From contig CAWEHK010000051.1 of NCBI GenBank assembly GCA_963808625.1, positions 1 to 64,000 of the forward strand: DNA of 64,000 bases, read 5' to 3'. A program made the position numbers and the translations under genes. This DNA is from an uncultured delta proteobacterium (GTDB lineage Bacteria; Desulfobacterota; Syntrophobacteria; Syntrophobacterales; Syntrophobacteraceae). Below are positions 1 through 10,204 of the stretch, piece by piece. The number at the start of each line of letters is the position of its first letter. The stretch's first letter is position 1. The notes under the pieces are model-generated. The model searched no databases. It saw nothing but the letters and a program-made list of their open reading frames with translations, and had not been told where the DNA came from.

Positions 1-1148
1 CATGTGTCCAAATCCATCTGAACCGCCAACCGCGAGGCGGCTTCCATCAGGGGAGAAGGCGACGGAGCGCCCCAACCAGCCCGGTGTGGGAATCCTCCTC
101 TCCAGGCCGCCGTTGGCAAAGTTCCAAATGGATATCGAACTATCGGCAGCGGCGGTTGCCCCAATGGAGCCGTCCTTGGAGATGGCAACCGAAAGCACGA
201 AGTTGCCCTGGCGGGAAGGTCGAGAACGGCTTCGCATTTTCCCAATTCACCACACGGGCCATCCCCTTGTACCCACCAATGAGAACCCATGGTTTGGCGG
301 GGTGCATGGCCATAGCCGTGATCGTGCCCGGCAGCGCCTGGATGACTCGGCGGAGTCGACCCTGGGCCTGCGAGCGCAACAACTCGGCGAAGGCCTGCGG
401 GAGGCACTCAGTAACGGCCCCTTCTCGCGGGGGCAACGCGGTCAGGGCCAGCAGAGCCCCCAAGTCATACAAGCCGGAATCGTTAGCGGCTCTCGCATGG
501 CCGGCAATGGCCTGAGAGCGCGAGCGGGACTGGCTGAACCACTCCTATGTCACCGTGAGCCGGCTGACGGTCACCGTCACGAGATAGACGGCGACGAGGG
601 CGATGAGTTTCCGGCGTCGCCGGCGCTGGGCAATTTCATCACGCCTGCGCAGCTGGTCGAAATCGACCCCGATCAGGGAAGCCACCAGCTTCAGACGGGC
701 TTCCCGCACACCGTCGCCAACCGGCCGCATATCGGGAGCCAGGGGAACGGCATCCTCGCGGGAATCTCGCAAGGCTTGGGGGAAGCAGGCAGGCGGATCG
801 CCACCGGCAATGATCCCCAGTATGCGACCATCCGGCCGCAGAGTGCGGAAATCCGTTATCTCCCGGTTCACCCAGCAGTTCGGATCGGCGGCGCTCGGAG
901 AACAAGGGACTATGAGATCCCGTGATTGGGAGAGAGCCTCCCGAAGGGCCGAGCGCAGATCTGGTGATCCAACCGCATCGGTGCGGTCGCGAAAGAACTT
1001 GCCCAGCCCCTTTGGTATGGCTCCCAAAGCCCCAGGCGTGCCAGGCAGAGGTTTGGGCACCCGGTAGGATTCCAGGAACTGATGAAGCTGTTCGGCAACC
1101 TTCCGCTCGGTCGGAATAGCTCAGGAAAGCCGTGTACTTGAAGCTCAT
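1..1148 (-). CDS. TIR-domain protein with a transmembrane segment and WD40-like repeats; integron cassette; frameshifted and running off the window edge
   Basis: ATG at 1148 gives MSFKYTAFLSYS; after a frameshift, ERKVAEQLHQFLESYRVP..FFRDRTD..LREALSQSRDLIVPCSPSAA..WVNREI (TIR_2-like). Then an Arg-rich stretch plus hydrophobic helix and WD-like segments (ITAMAMHPAKPWVLIGG). Joined from ORFs 639-1241, 545-1060 and 140-472. Confidence 0.75.
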
Positions 1149-1192
1149 TCGCACTCCCTGGCCACGCCAACGGGGAACCGATACTTGAACAC

Positions 1193-1285
1193 GCTCAACG
1201 CTCGAATAACCAGCGCGCGCTATAGTGGCACGGAATTGCATAAAACCAAGGCGTGGCGCGCGTCGGGTTCATTGCTTGGTTAGAT
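1193..1285 (-). mobile_element. attC: Integron attC site (93 bp)
   Basis: The minus strand reads ATCTAAC (R'', RYYYAAC, overlapping the upstream stop)-CAAGCAATGAAC...CGCGCG...CGCGCGCTGGTTATTCGAGC-GTTGAGC (R', GTTRRRY). It is an imperfect palindrome between two co-oriented ORFs near intI. Confidence 0.88.
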
Positions 1286-2180
1286 TTCCGTGTACTCCAA
1301 ATCGTACTCTGTCTCGCTTTTGCACGCCCGACATACTTTGCTGTGCGGAAATGCCTTTCGGGTAAGCGAGATCACTTCATTAGAGAAGTGCGGGTCAGCT
1401 CGACACCCGATGTACACAGCTGCAAGTTCTGACGGACGAATAGGAACATCTTCGTGCAAGGCGTTCGGCGCCGGATAAAGGGGTAACATCGCCACTCACG
1501 CTCATACCGCCAATCGCTACTCTTGGTATAGACATAGCGCTTGTACAATTCAGACTCATTCAGGCGCCGTACAGAGAATATGTGGTCGAGCCACTCCGAC
1601 TCGGTGAAGAATGGAATAGGGTGATCCACGTACATAACGGGCTCTGCAACTAAGAGCGGATTGCCTTCATCAGGCAATGACAGAAACTCGAAGACTGCAC
1701 CCGTGTGGTCTTTGGCGTAGTGTGCCCACATCAACAGGTTGCTTCGCTCCTCCGAAACACACAAGACCCGAATTCCTGGTAAAAGGGTTTTCCACAAGCA
1801 TCCTGATACTCCTGCTGTGTAACCCTAAACTGCCGGACAAGATTTTCGAAGGATGAGGCTGTCATTTGCTCCCACTGGTCTCGCGGGAAACCGTGCGTCG
1901 GGTATTTCTCACAAACGAGCAGGGCGAGCTGTCCCCAAGAGTTGTTTTTGTCGTTCGGTGGCCCTTCCATTTGTACTCGCAAACTCCTCAAGTCTGTCAA
2001 GAACCTTCGCATGAAGCGTGTTTAGATCAAAGTCAAAGTGCAGCCCAGATTGCACATCGAATGGATCATTAAACTTCAACGGCGAACTGTACCGAACCTT
2101 GCAGTTCGGAGCGCGGCCAGAGCCGTCTCGGGTGAGGCATACTTAAAGAACGAACGTTTTCCTGGAGTAACCCTACTCAC
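1280..2180 (-). CDS. DUF2971-like protein; integron cassette; frameshifted
   Basis: GTG start at 2180 with GAGGTG RBS. Motifs FFKY..RYSSPLKFNDPFD, CVSEERSNLLMWAHYAKDHTGAVFEF, YTKSSDWRYEREWR and AVYIGCR are spread over 3-4 frames. Confidence 0.8.
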
Positions 2181-2194
2181 AGATCACCTCGGAA

Positions 2195-2330
2195 ATCTAA
2201 TGTAAAGTTCACCTGCGACTGATAAGGAGTCTGGTGCAGCTTTTGGTTGCGAAGCGCCGGGGAGGGGGTGGACAATTCACCTTTAAAGCTGAGCGCGGAG
2301 CGTGTTTTGCTGTCCGCATCAACGAATGTT
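2195..2330 (-). mobile_element. Degenerate attC/attI-like recombination site at the 5' boundary of the DUF2971 cassette
   Basis: The cassette begins A|TTAGATTTCCG, and TTAGATTTCCG is the exact complement of CGGAAATCTAA at its 3' attC. It is preceded by GCAGGTGAACTTTAC, which resembles an attC right arm. Confidence 0.55.
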
Positions 2331-3008
2331 CCTCGGGCGAAAAAGTCAAAATACATTCCGGTAGTCCTTTCCCGAAAAGAAATCGATACTCTCCTGAAGT
2401 ACCTCCTATATCCTTATGATCTCGTGGTCAAATTGCTTTACGGCTGCGGACTCAGGTTATTCGAATGTCTACAGCTGCGGGTGAAGGATTTCAACTTCGA
2501 GGCCAGAATACTCACGATCCATGGAAAAGGGAAGAAGGACCGCACGCTTCCCCTGCCGGAGGCCATTGTGCCGGAACTGACTTCCCAAATTGAGGTGGTG
2601 AAGAAGATCCATGACGAAGACCTTGCGGCGGGATATGCGGGAGTCTTTCTCGACGACCGGCTTGAAAAGAAATATCCCTCGGCAGCCAAGGAGATTGTTT
2701 GGCAGTGGTTCTTTCCACAAAAGACGCTCACGCAGGTTTCGACGACACAAGAACTGCGGCGATATCATTTGCATGAAACGCATGTGCAGGGTGCGCTTTA
2801 CGAGGCTGTGCGCCGGGCCAGACTCACGAAACGGGTCACCTCCCACACCTTTCGGCACAGTTTTGCCACTCACCTTCTACAGGCGAATTACGACATTCGG
2901 ACCATCCAGGAACTCCTCGGTCACAGGGACGTGAAGACCACGATGATCTATACCCATTGCATACCAAGCAAGACCGTGAAAGAGGCCAGGAGCCCCCTTG
3001 ATTTTTGA
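2247..3008 (+). CDS. intI: Integron integrase (tyrosine recombinase), apparently lacking its N-terminal domain
   Basis: LLYGCGLRLFE (catalytic R), HGKGKKDR (K), the IntI-specific insertion (KKYPSAAKEIVWQWFFP..RRYHLHE), HTFRHSFATHLL and LLGHRDVKTTMIYTH (H, Y). Recognisable homology starts only at about 2325 (VPRAKK). Divergent from the cassettes. Confidence 0.9.
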   Translation: MRSAGEGVDNSPLKLSAERVLLSASTNVPRAKKSKYIPVVLSRKEIDTLLKYLLYPYDLVVKLLYGCGLRLFECLQLRVKDFNFEARILTIHGKGKKDRTLPLPEAIVPELTSQIEVVKKIHDEDLAAGYAGVFLDDRLEKKYPSAAKEIVWQWFFPQKTLTQVSTTQELRRYHLHETHVQGALYEAVRRARLTKRVTSHTFRHSFATHLLQANYDIRTIQELLGHRDVKTTMIYTHCIPSKTVKEARSPLDF

Positions 3009-3070
3009 GAAAATAGGGATGCGGTTTGAAGTTTCGGATGAGATGGTGCTCATGAATCTCGGCGAGTTGA

Positions 3071-6000
3071 TCAATATTCGTGCCCACAAAGAGCAGCATG
3101 CGGAAGGGACCGATCCCGACGAGAAGACTTTTTGACTGGCGGTTCGCGATTGCTCTGACCGGGTGCGGGTAACGGTTTGAGCTTGCTTACACTTTGGACA
3201 TCCAGGTTTATAGTCCCAAATTCACTTTCTACCCTTCCCCATAGAAGATAGGCTCGATCCATATCCAACTCCTGGCAAAAGCGTTTGAAAGCCTTTGGGA
3301 AGAAAACGGTTTCATAGATGGCCGTCTGGTCTTCGAAGGAAAAGAATTCCATCGGTTCTCCCTCTTTTGTCATCACTTCCTTGCGGGTGATGGGCCAACC
3401 CAGCACCCAAACCTGCTGCCCCACATGCTGTGCAAGTTCCGATGCCGGAACCAGGCGATAAGGAAGAGTGCGAATAACAGGCTGCCACATGGTTAGAGGA
3501 TGTACGGAAAGCACCAACCCCAGGGTCTCGATTTCCTGCTGCCATTTGCGCTCCAGGCTCAGGTCCGGCAGCAGCGGGACAGTGAACGCCGTGCGGGAGG
3601 TGGGAAACAGGGCCATGCCGGTCTGTTTGCCATTACTCCGAGAAGCGAAATTCCCATGCAACCATGCGTCTACAAACCAGAGCAACTGAGGGCGGTTGAA
3701 GTTGCGCTCTTGGCTCTTGGCTCTTGGCTCTTGGTTTTTGGTAATTGGCAGTTAATCCTTGGCTGTTGGTAGCGGGCACCGGCACGGAAGCTAACGGCAT
3801 ATATCGAGGTTCAGCTGTGGGGCAGGCTTTCCAGCCTGCCGAACGCCTGGCAGGCTGGAAAGCCTGCCCCACACACGGAGGAGCTGTTCCCGCCAGGGAA
3901 TCCAGGGCGCCGCTCTTTACCAGGACGGAACCATCGGATGGGGTGAGTCTCACCCGCCGCAAGAAATCCTCAAGGCTCATAAAAGGCCCATTCCTGCTGC
4001 GCTCATCCAGGATGCCTTGCACCATATCCCGGCGAATGTTCTGCAGTTGCTGCAACCCCATGCGGATGGTTTTGCCTTTTCCCCGATAGTTCCAGTCGCT
4101 TTCATTGAGATCCGGTCCCAAAACGGTGATTCCCATCCGTCTGGCTTCTGAAATATAGGCAAGGGTGCTGTAGTAGCCACCGCCGTTGCTGATTACGGCG
4201 GCCATGAATTCAGCGGGATGGTGGACTTTGAGGTAGGCTGACTTGAAGCTGACGAGAGCGTAGGACGCCGAGTGGGGCTTACAGAAGGAATATCCCGAAA
4301 ACGAGATGAACATATCCCAGACCGCGTTCACCACCTCCTCGGCGATGCCTCGCTGCCGGCAACCATCGAAGAAACGCTTGCGATAGCCGGAGAGTTGGGT
4401 CGGACTCTTTTTGCTGATCACTTTGCGCAGGCCGTCTGCTTCCGCCCAGTTGAACCCCGCCAGAACCATGGCCACCCGCACCACGTCTTCCTGGTAAACC
4501 AGAATCCCATAAGTTTCCGCCAGCAGTTCTTTCAGGCTGGGATGAAGCGGTTCATAGGGAGCCCCGTGCAGGCGGCGGATGTATTCCTGGATGTAGCGGT
4601 TGGCGGCCGGGCGAATGATGGAGGAGTGAATCACCAGATGTTCGAAATCGCCACGCCCGGTCCTTTGCTGCAACTGACGCATGGCGGGAGATTCCACATA
4701 GAAGACACCCATGGTGTCGCCGCGGCTCAGCAAATCCATGGTGGCGGGATCGTCAATGGGGTTAAAGGAAGCATAATCAATGGTTTTCCCCGTGTTGTTC
4801 CGGACGGCGGCCAGAGTGTCCCGAATCACCGCCAGGGAACGGTTGCCGAGAAGGTCGATTTTTACCAGGCCGGCCGTTTCCGTCTGGTCCTTTTCCCACT
4901 GAATGATTGGAATGCCCTTGGCGCTGCGCTCCACCGGCACATAACGGGAAACTCGATCCGGGGCGAGGATGACCCCGCCACAGTGAGTGGCCAGGTGTCT
5001 TGGCAAAGATTCCAGGCGCATGGCGAGCTGCATGATTTCCGGCCATGGGGGATCGAGAGGATAGCCACGAAATTTGGGATGAGTTTCCACCCGCCGCAAA
5101 ATGTCTTCCGGGTCCGTGTAAAAGCTCATCCGCCGCGTCACCTCTTTAATCTCGGCAGCGGGAATGCCATACACTTTGGCGACCTCCCGCACCGCTGCCC
5201 GCGCTCCAAAACCCACGTGATTGGCCACCGTCGCCATGCGCTCCGTGCCGTAATGCTGCCGCAGTTCCTCATGCAAGGCATCGCGCTCATCCCAGGGAAA
5301 GTCCACGTCGATGTCCGGCGGGTCCTTTCGCTGCGGGTTGAGGAAGCGGCCAAAAAGAAGGTTGTGGCGGATGGGGTCGACGTGCGTGATGCCCAGGAGG
5401 TAACTCACCAGGCTGGCGGCGGCGCTCCCGCGACCGCAATGAATGGGACGCCGCCGCACCATGTCGGTCACCACCAGGAAATAGTCCACGTAGCCTTTGG
5501 CGTGAATCAATTCCAGTTCTTCCGCAAGGCGCTTTTCAATGACGGCATTGCTCTCACCGTAACGCCAGCGGATTCCCTTCCGGCATTCCTCCCCAAGGAG
5601 TTCAAGGTGATCACCCGCCTGATCTTCATAGTGGGGGAAGACGGTACGAAAGTGGTCCCAGGCGGTGTGGCAACTCCCGGCCAGCTTCAGCGTGTTGGCC
5701 AGGGCCTCGGGACAATCAGGGAAGTGCCTGGCCATCTCCTCGGCCGTTTTTAGCCATTGTCCGGGTTGGACCAACTGTTCCCGGGGAAGGGTGCTCAGAG
5801 TGCCGTTGCAATCGATGGTCCGCACCAGGCGGTGCAGCGGGTAGTCCCCCGGGTTCGCAAAATAGACCGCATTGGTGGCAAGGGGCGGGATTCCCAAACT
5901 TCCGGCCAGTTTCAACGCCTGGCGACCAGCGGGCCCGGGAAGGACTTCCACCCAGCACTCGGCGCGGGAGCGCAAGGCCTTGATGATGTCCGGGTTGGAG

Positions 6001-6727
6001 CTGAGCACCGCAAGGTCTTCCGGCGCGTCGGGGAAGTCTCGAAACAGGGAAAAATGCTCCTTGAGATGGCGTTGGGTGAGCAACTCGCTGAGGAGTTCAT
6101 AACCCCGTGGGGTTTTGACCAGGATAACCGGTGAGTGCTGGGTGATGGGTGATGAGTGATGAGTGATGAGTGATGGGTGATGGGTGATGAGTGATGGGTG
6201 CCAAGGGGTGAGGGACGATTTATGCGTGTTGAGTTTCGGGTGGGGGGATTGCCTGCCGGGGCGTTACCCCCAGCGGGGCAATCGATTTGAAGATGGGCGC
6301 CGACGATAGGGCGAATGCCATGTTGACGGGCCGCTTCCAGAAAGTGGATCAGCCCATAGAGTCCATTGGTGTCGGTGAGCGCCAGGTATTCACAACCCGC
6401 CTCCGCTGCTTTCCGGCAGAGGGTTTCCACCGAGCTTACTCCCCACATCATCGAGTAGTGGGAATGCACATGCAAATGGACGAAGGATTTCGGATTTCGG
6501 ATGGCGGATGGCGGATGGCGGATGGCGGATTGCGGATGGCGGATTTCGGATGGCGGATGGCGGATGGCGGATGGCGGATTTCGGATGTCGGATTTCGGAT
6601 GGCGGATGGCGGATGGCGGATGGCGGATTTCAGGTGATGGTTGTGGGATATCAGATTGAGAATTCTGGATTTCGGATTTCGGATGGTGGATTTTGAGGCT
6701 TGAATTTTGGGTTGTCTTGGTCATCAT
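3071..6727 (-). CDS. dnaE2: Error-prone DNA polymerase III alpha subunit (DnaE2/ImuC), split in three frames at two repeat-containing insertions
   Basis: PHP domain FVHLHVHSHYS..LALTDTNGLYG, then GRGSAAASLVSYLLGIT, PPDIDVDF, KIDLLG, FSGYSFCKPHS, and a C-terminal OB fold (MEFFSFEDQTAIYETVFFP). ORFs 5912-6763, 3633-6083 and 3071-3685, downstream of lexA-imuB. Confidence 0.92.
3706..3768. repeat. Heptamer tandem repeat (GCTCTTG)n inside dnaE2
   Basis: Four perfect GCTCTTG units at 3706-3733, followed by about five degenerate units in the same register. Confidence 0.85.
3816..3873. repeat. REP-like palindrome inside dnaE2
   Basis: TGTGGGGCAGGCTTTCCAGCCTGCC-8 nt-GGCAGGCTGGAAAGCCTGCCCCACA is a perfect 25-bp inverted repeat. 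Confidence 0.9.
6132..6201. repeat. Heptamer tandem repeat (TGRGTGA)x10 inside the dnaE2 PHP domain
   Basis: Ten units in unbroken 7-bp register, translated as THHSSPITHHSSLITHHP. Confidence 0.9.
6485..6693. repeat. Heptamer tandem repeat (GGATGGC/GGATTTC)n encoding the DnaE2 N-terminal extension
   Basis: About 21 units at 6485-6631 plus degenerate units to about 6693, translated as IRHPPSA/IRNPKSE. Confidence 0.9.
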
Positions 6728-6788
6728 AACTGCACGCTCTTCGCTAATGCTTAGATTTGCCAATTATGAACAGAGGATGAAGGCCCTT

Positions 6789-8094
6789 TCAACGCACCTC
6801 TATCTTGCAAGCCCCCGTGTTTTCTAAAATCCCCCATCCGACATTCACTATCTCACATCCGATATCCGCTATCCCACATCCGAAATCTGAAATCCCTCTT
6901 CCCATCATCCGCAAATCCGAAATCCGAAATCCGAAATCCGAAATCCCCCAGGAAATGGTCCCGCGGCCAAAGCGATGGCGGATGGCGTCGATGGCCTTTT
7001 GGATTTTCTGATCATCCTGAAGGGTTGTTTCTTCCCATGGGAACAAGGAGAGTTGCCGAAAAGGCATGGTGAAGTCGGAAAGCTCGATCACCATGCGACG
7101 AATGGCAATGCGCCGCCGGACGAGACGATTGAAAGCAAAGCGGACCATGCGAAATAAACGCTGATCAACATGGGTGGTTATGGGAGAGAGGGGGTTTTGA
7201 CTGCGTACGGTGACCCCGTCCGCGTAGCGAACCTCCAGCGTGAACTGCCCCGGGTAACGGTTGTGACAGCGCAGCATCCATCCCATTTCTTCTACTTGTT
7301 GAAAAAGGATGGCCTCCAATCGTTCGCGATCAATTTCATCCCGTTTCAGGGTGCGGACCACACTCAGGCAGGGGAGCTTCCGGAAGGGGAGCACCGGGGT
7401 TGCATCCACTCCTCGGGCGATTTGCAGCAGGCGGGAGCCCATCCGGCCGAAAACGCCGGAAAGGATTGCTGCTGGAATGGCGGCAAGCTGGCCGACGGTT
7501 TCGATATTGAAATCAACCAGGCGGGAGGCGGTCTTCGAACCCACGCCGGGGAGCGTGGTTACGGGCAGAGGAGCGAGAAAAGCGGTTTCACCACCGGGGA
7601 AAATACAGCTCAGGTCACCCGGGATAAGGCAATGGGCGACGACCTGGCTGATCAGCTTGTTTGAGGCAAGCCCGACTCGTGCCTTCAGGCCTTTTTCTGC
7701 TGTCAACTGCCGGCTCATGCGGGAAGCCGCATCGGGAGATGGTCCCCACAGCCGTCTGGTGCCCGTAAGATCGACAAAATAGTGCCCCGGCAGGACGCCC
7801 TCTACCAGCGGCGAAAACTGCCCCAGGGCATCGAGAACGCCGTTGATGTTGGTGCTGGTAGTAACGACCATCGGGAGGCATAACCAGGAGCCGCCGGCAG
7901 AGGCGCTGCGCCTGGCTGAGCGGCATGCCTTCGCGGATGCCTTCCGTACGAGCGGCCCCATTGACTCCCTGGGCGACCGCGCGCGGTCCCGGTTCCGCCA
8001 GCACCAACGGACGTTTTTTCAATTCCGGCTTGCGCAGCTCTTCCAGGGTCGCGCAGAAATCGGGAACATCGAGATGGGCAATGTTTCTTTCCAT
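6789..8094 (-). CDS. imuB: Y-family polymerase homologue, ImuB/DinB-like, probably catalytically inactive; one frameshift near 7850
   Basis: IAHLDVPDF..PELKKRPLV..GIREGMPLSQAQRLC, FSPLVEGVLPGHYFVDLTG (the DinB SIDE motif is absent), LPGVGSKT, and QLSLF (clamp-binding-like). Lies between lexA and dnaE2. Confidence 0.85.
6830..6945. repeat. Heptamer repeat (ATCCGAA)n in the imuB 3' end, inverted relative to the 6485-6693 array
   Basis: AAATCCG units translated as ISDFGFR/ISDFGCG. Confidence 0.8.
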
Positions 8095-8118
8095 GAGTTT
8101 TGATGCTTCAGCAACCAA

Positions 8119-8730
8119 TCACGCTTTACGCTTCCGGTAATGACGCAACAACCCCACTACCGTTCCTACAATTTCCACATCGCCGGCTGCGATGCGAAGG
8201 GATTTCATCTGACTGTTTGCCGGCCGGAGCTCGATTTCCTCCCCCTGCTGGTAGAATTTTTTCACCGTGGATTCACCCCGGACCAGGGCCACCACGGTCT
8301 GCCCGTTTTCCGCGTGGGCTTGCCGGGTAATAATCAGGATATCGCCCTCGCGGATGCCTTCATCGATCATGGAATCACCCCGGACCCTCAGGGCAAAATT
8401 GTTGCCGCTCCCCAGAAAGCTTTCCGGGACTTCAATCGTTTCCGGGACTTCAATGGCCTCAATAGGGGTCCCGGCGGCCACCACTCCTAAAAAGGGAAGG
8501 GAGAGCAATCCGGAGCGCAGAGGCAGCAACTCGATGGCGCGCTTCCGGTTCTTCCAGAGACTGGAGAGGTAACCCCGCTGTTCCAATTGCTTCAGATGCT
8601 TGTAAACGGCATTTAAGGATTGAAACCCCAGATGCCGCCGGATTTCCTCGTAGGAGGGAGAATAGCCGTGCTGTTGCAGATAGTCCCGCACAAACCGGTA
8701 GACTCTTTCCTGTGCCGGAGTCAATCCCAT
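8119..8730 (-). CDS. lexA: SOS repressor LexA
   Basis: N-terminal wHTH (GYSPSYEEI..AVYKHLKQLEQRGY), VAAG cleavage site, FALRVRGDSM (Ser) and TVKK (Lys). Confidence 0.95.
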   Translation of the reverse strand: MGLTPAQERVYRFVRDYLQQHGYSPSYEEIRRHLGFQSLNAVYKHLKQLEQRGYLSSLWKNRKRAIELLPLRSGLLSLPFLGVVAAGTPIEAIEVPETIEVPESFLGSGNNFALRVRGDSMIDEGIREGDILIITRQAHAENGQTVVALVRGESTVKKFYQQGEEIELRPANSQMKSLRIAAGDVEIVGTVVGLLRHYRKRKA

Positions 8731-8756
8731 GTCATGATCCTCCTTGAAACAGGAAT

Positions 8757-8805
8757 CTTCACCCTTCACCCTTCACCCTTCACCTTTCACCCTTCACCCT
8801 TCACC
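8757..8805. repeat. Heptamer repeat (CTTCACC)x7 in the lexA 5' leader
   Basis: Seven units with one mismatch. Confidence 0.9.
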
Positions 8806-8850
8806 CACCGGAACCGGTGAAGGAGAACACGCCATTAAGATCTATGACAC

Positions 8851-8879
8851 AATTTAGGTGAACAAAAGGTGAAAGTCAA
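8851..8879 (-). promoter_or_regulatory. Sigma70-type promoter of the lexA operon with a candidate LexA operator in the spacer
   Basis: Minus strand TTGACT-17 nt-TAAATT. The spacer is TTCACC-TTTTG-TTCACC, a direct repeat. Confidence 0.7.
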
Positions 8880-8982
8880 GATGAATTGCAAAATGTATTT
8901 ACTTGAAAAGCCTCGGCTCGTAGGATTCCTGGAAATCCCGCATCGCTGTTTTGACGAAGGCCAAACTGGAAGGGGTAACTCC

Positions 8983-10204
8983 ATGGGCCTGGGCTCAAAG
9001 GACCGTGTGCCGTCGTACGAAGCATTGCTGCTGCTGTGCTGTACCATCTGCTGCGGGTGCTATCTCGGCTCGTATATACGCGTTCCGGTGGTGCCCCTGT
9101 TCGCACGCACAATGGGGGCCGACACCTTCGAGGTGGGGACCATCAATGCATCCTTCCTCTTGATGGCAGGGCTCCTGTCAATGCCCCTGGGTCTTCTCTC
9201 CGACCGTCTCGGCCGAAAGCGCCTTATCATGGGCGGCCTCATCATCATCTCGTTGAGCTCTTTTTTGCTCTGCTTCAGCACGTCGGTATTGGAAATGATC
9301 GGCGTATACGTCCTCTTCGGCATCGGAACTCGCGGCCTTTGCCCCGACGATGATGTCATTTGTGGCAGATTTTTCGCCCCCAACCCACCTGGGCCGCTCC
9401 TACGGCTGGTACACCCTGGCCCTTTACGGAGGTATGAGCACCGGCCCCGTTCTGGGTGGTGCGATTGCCGGGTGGTTCGGCTTTCAGGCGGCTTTTATCA
9501 GCTCCGGCGTAATTACCGTCGCGGTCTTCATCATTGTGGTGTGTCTCCTGCCCAGCGCCCGGCACGTTCTCGCGAACCGTCCACCGAAGAGGGCTACAGG
9601 GGAGGTTGCCAGGGAACTCGCGAAAAATGGGCCCCTCCTGGCATGCTGGGTTGCCACGCTGGGGGGATGCCTCGGGCTGGGGATGTTCGTGACCTTCGTG
9701 CCCTTGCACGCTCAGGATCAGGGGATAAAGGTGGGACAGATCGGGATTATTTTTGGCGCTCAGGCCCTCTGCAATGCTCTTTCTCGTGTCCCCTTCGGGC
9801 GGTTGAGCGACAGGGTGTCGAAGCGAAGCCATCTCGCAACGGCAGGCCTCATCGGCCTATCCATCTCGATTACAGGACTCGGGATGGCTCACGGCATGGA
9901 TACCTTCATCTTGTTCGCTGCGGGGCTCGGCATCAGCATGGGGATAGCCTTCACCGCCATCGGTGCGCTTATTTCGGAAGTGGTACGCCCCGATGCCCGG
10001 GGGCTTGCCATGGGCGGCTACAACAGCGCGATCTATATCGGCATGATGCTCAGCTCCTTCGCAATGGGAGCGATGATTCGGGAGGTCGGCTTCAGGAACG
10101 CTTTCCTCATGGTGGCGATGATGAATCTTGCGGCAACAGGATGGTTTCACCTGGTGTTCAGCCGCATGCATGCGGGCCGGATGGTTCGGGCAGCGGCGGA
10201 CTAG
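8983..10204 (+). CDS. MFS transporter (one frameshift near 9330)
   Basis: Motif A GLLSDRLGRK and GRLSDRVSKR, with about 12 hydrophobic segments across ORFs 8869-10260 and 9350-10204. Confidence 0.9.

Noticed and set aside
3704..3887. dnaE2 insertions as inteins or introns
   Set aside because: They are too short, lack Cys/Ser...His-Asn intein ends or group I/II features, and consist of simple repeats and a REP.
2..5753. Long antisense ORFs such as 2-925 (+) and 4272-5753 (+), and similar shadows elsewhere (24243-25481, 44658-45749)
   Set aside because: They overlap recognisable genes on the opposite strand, have no motifs, and are expected in GC-rich DNA.
6132..6945. Tandem repeats as a CRISPR array
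   Set aside because: The units are 7 bp with no unique spacers, and no cas genes are present.
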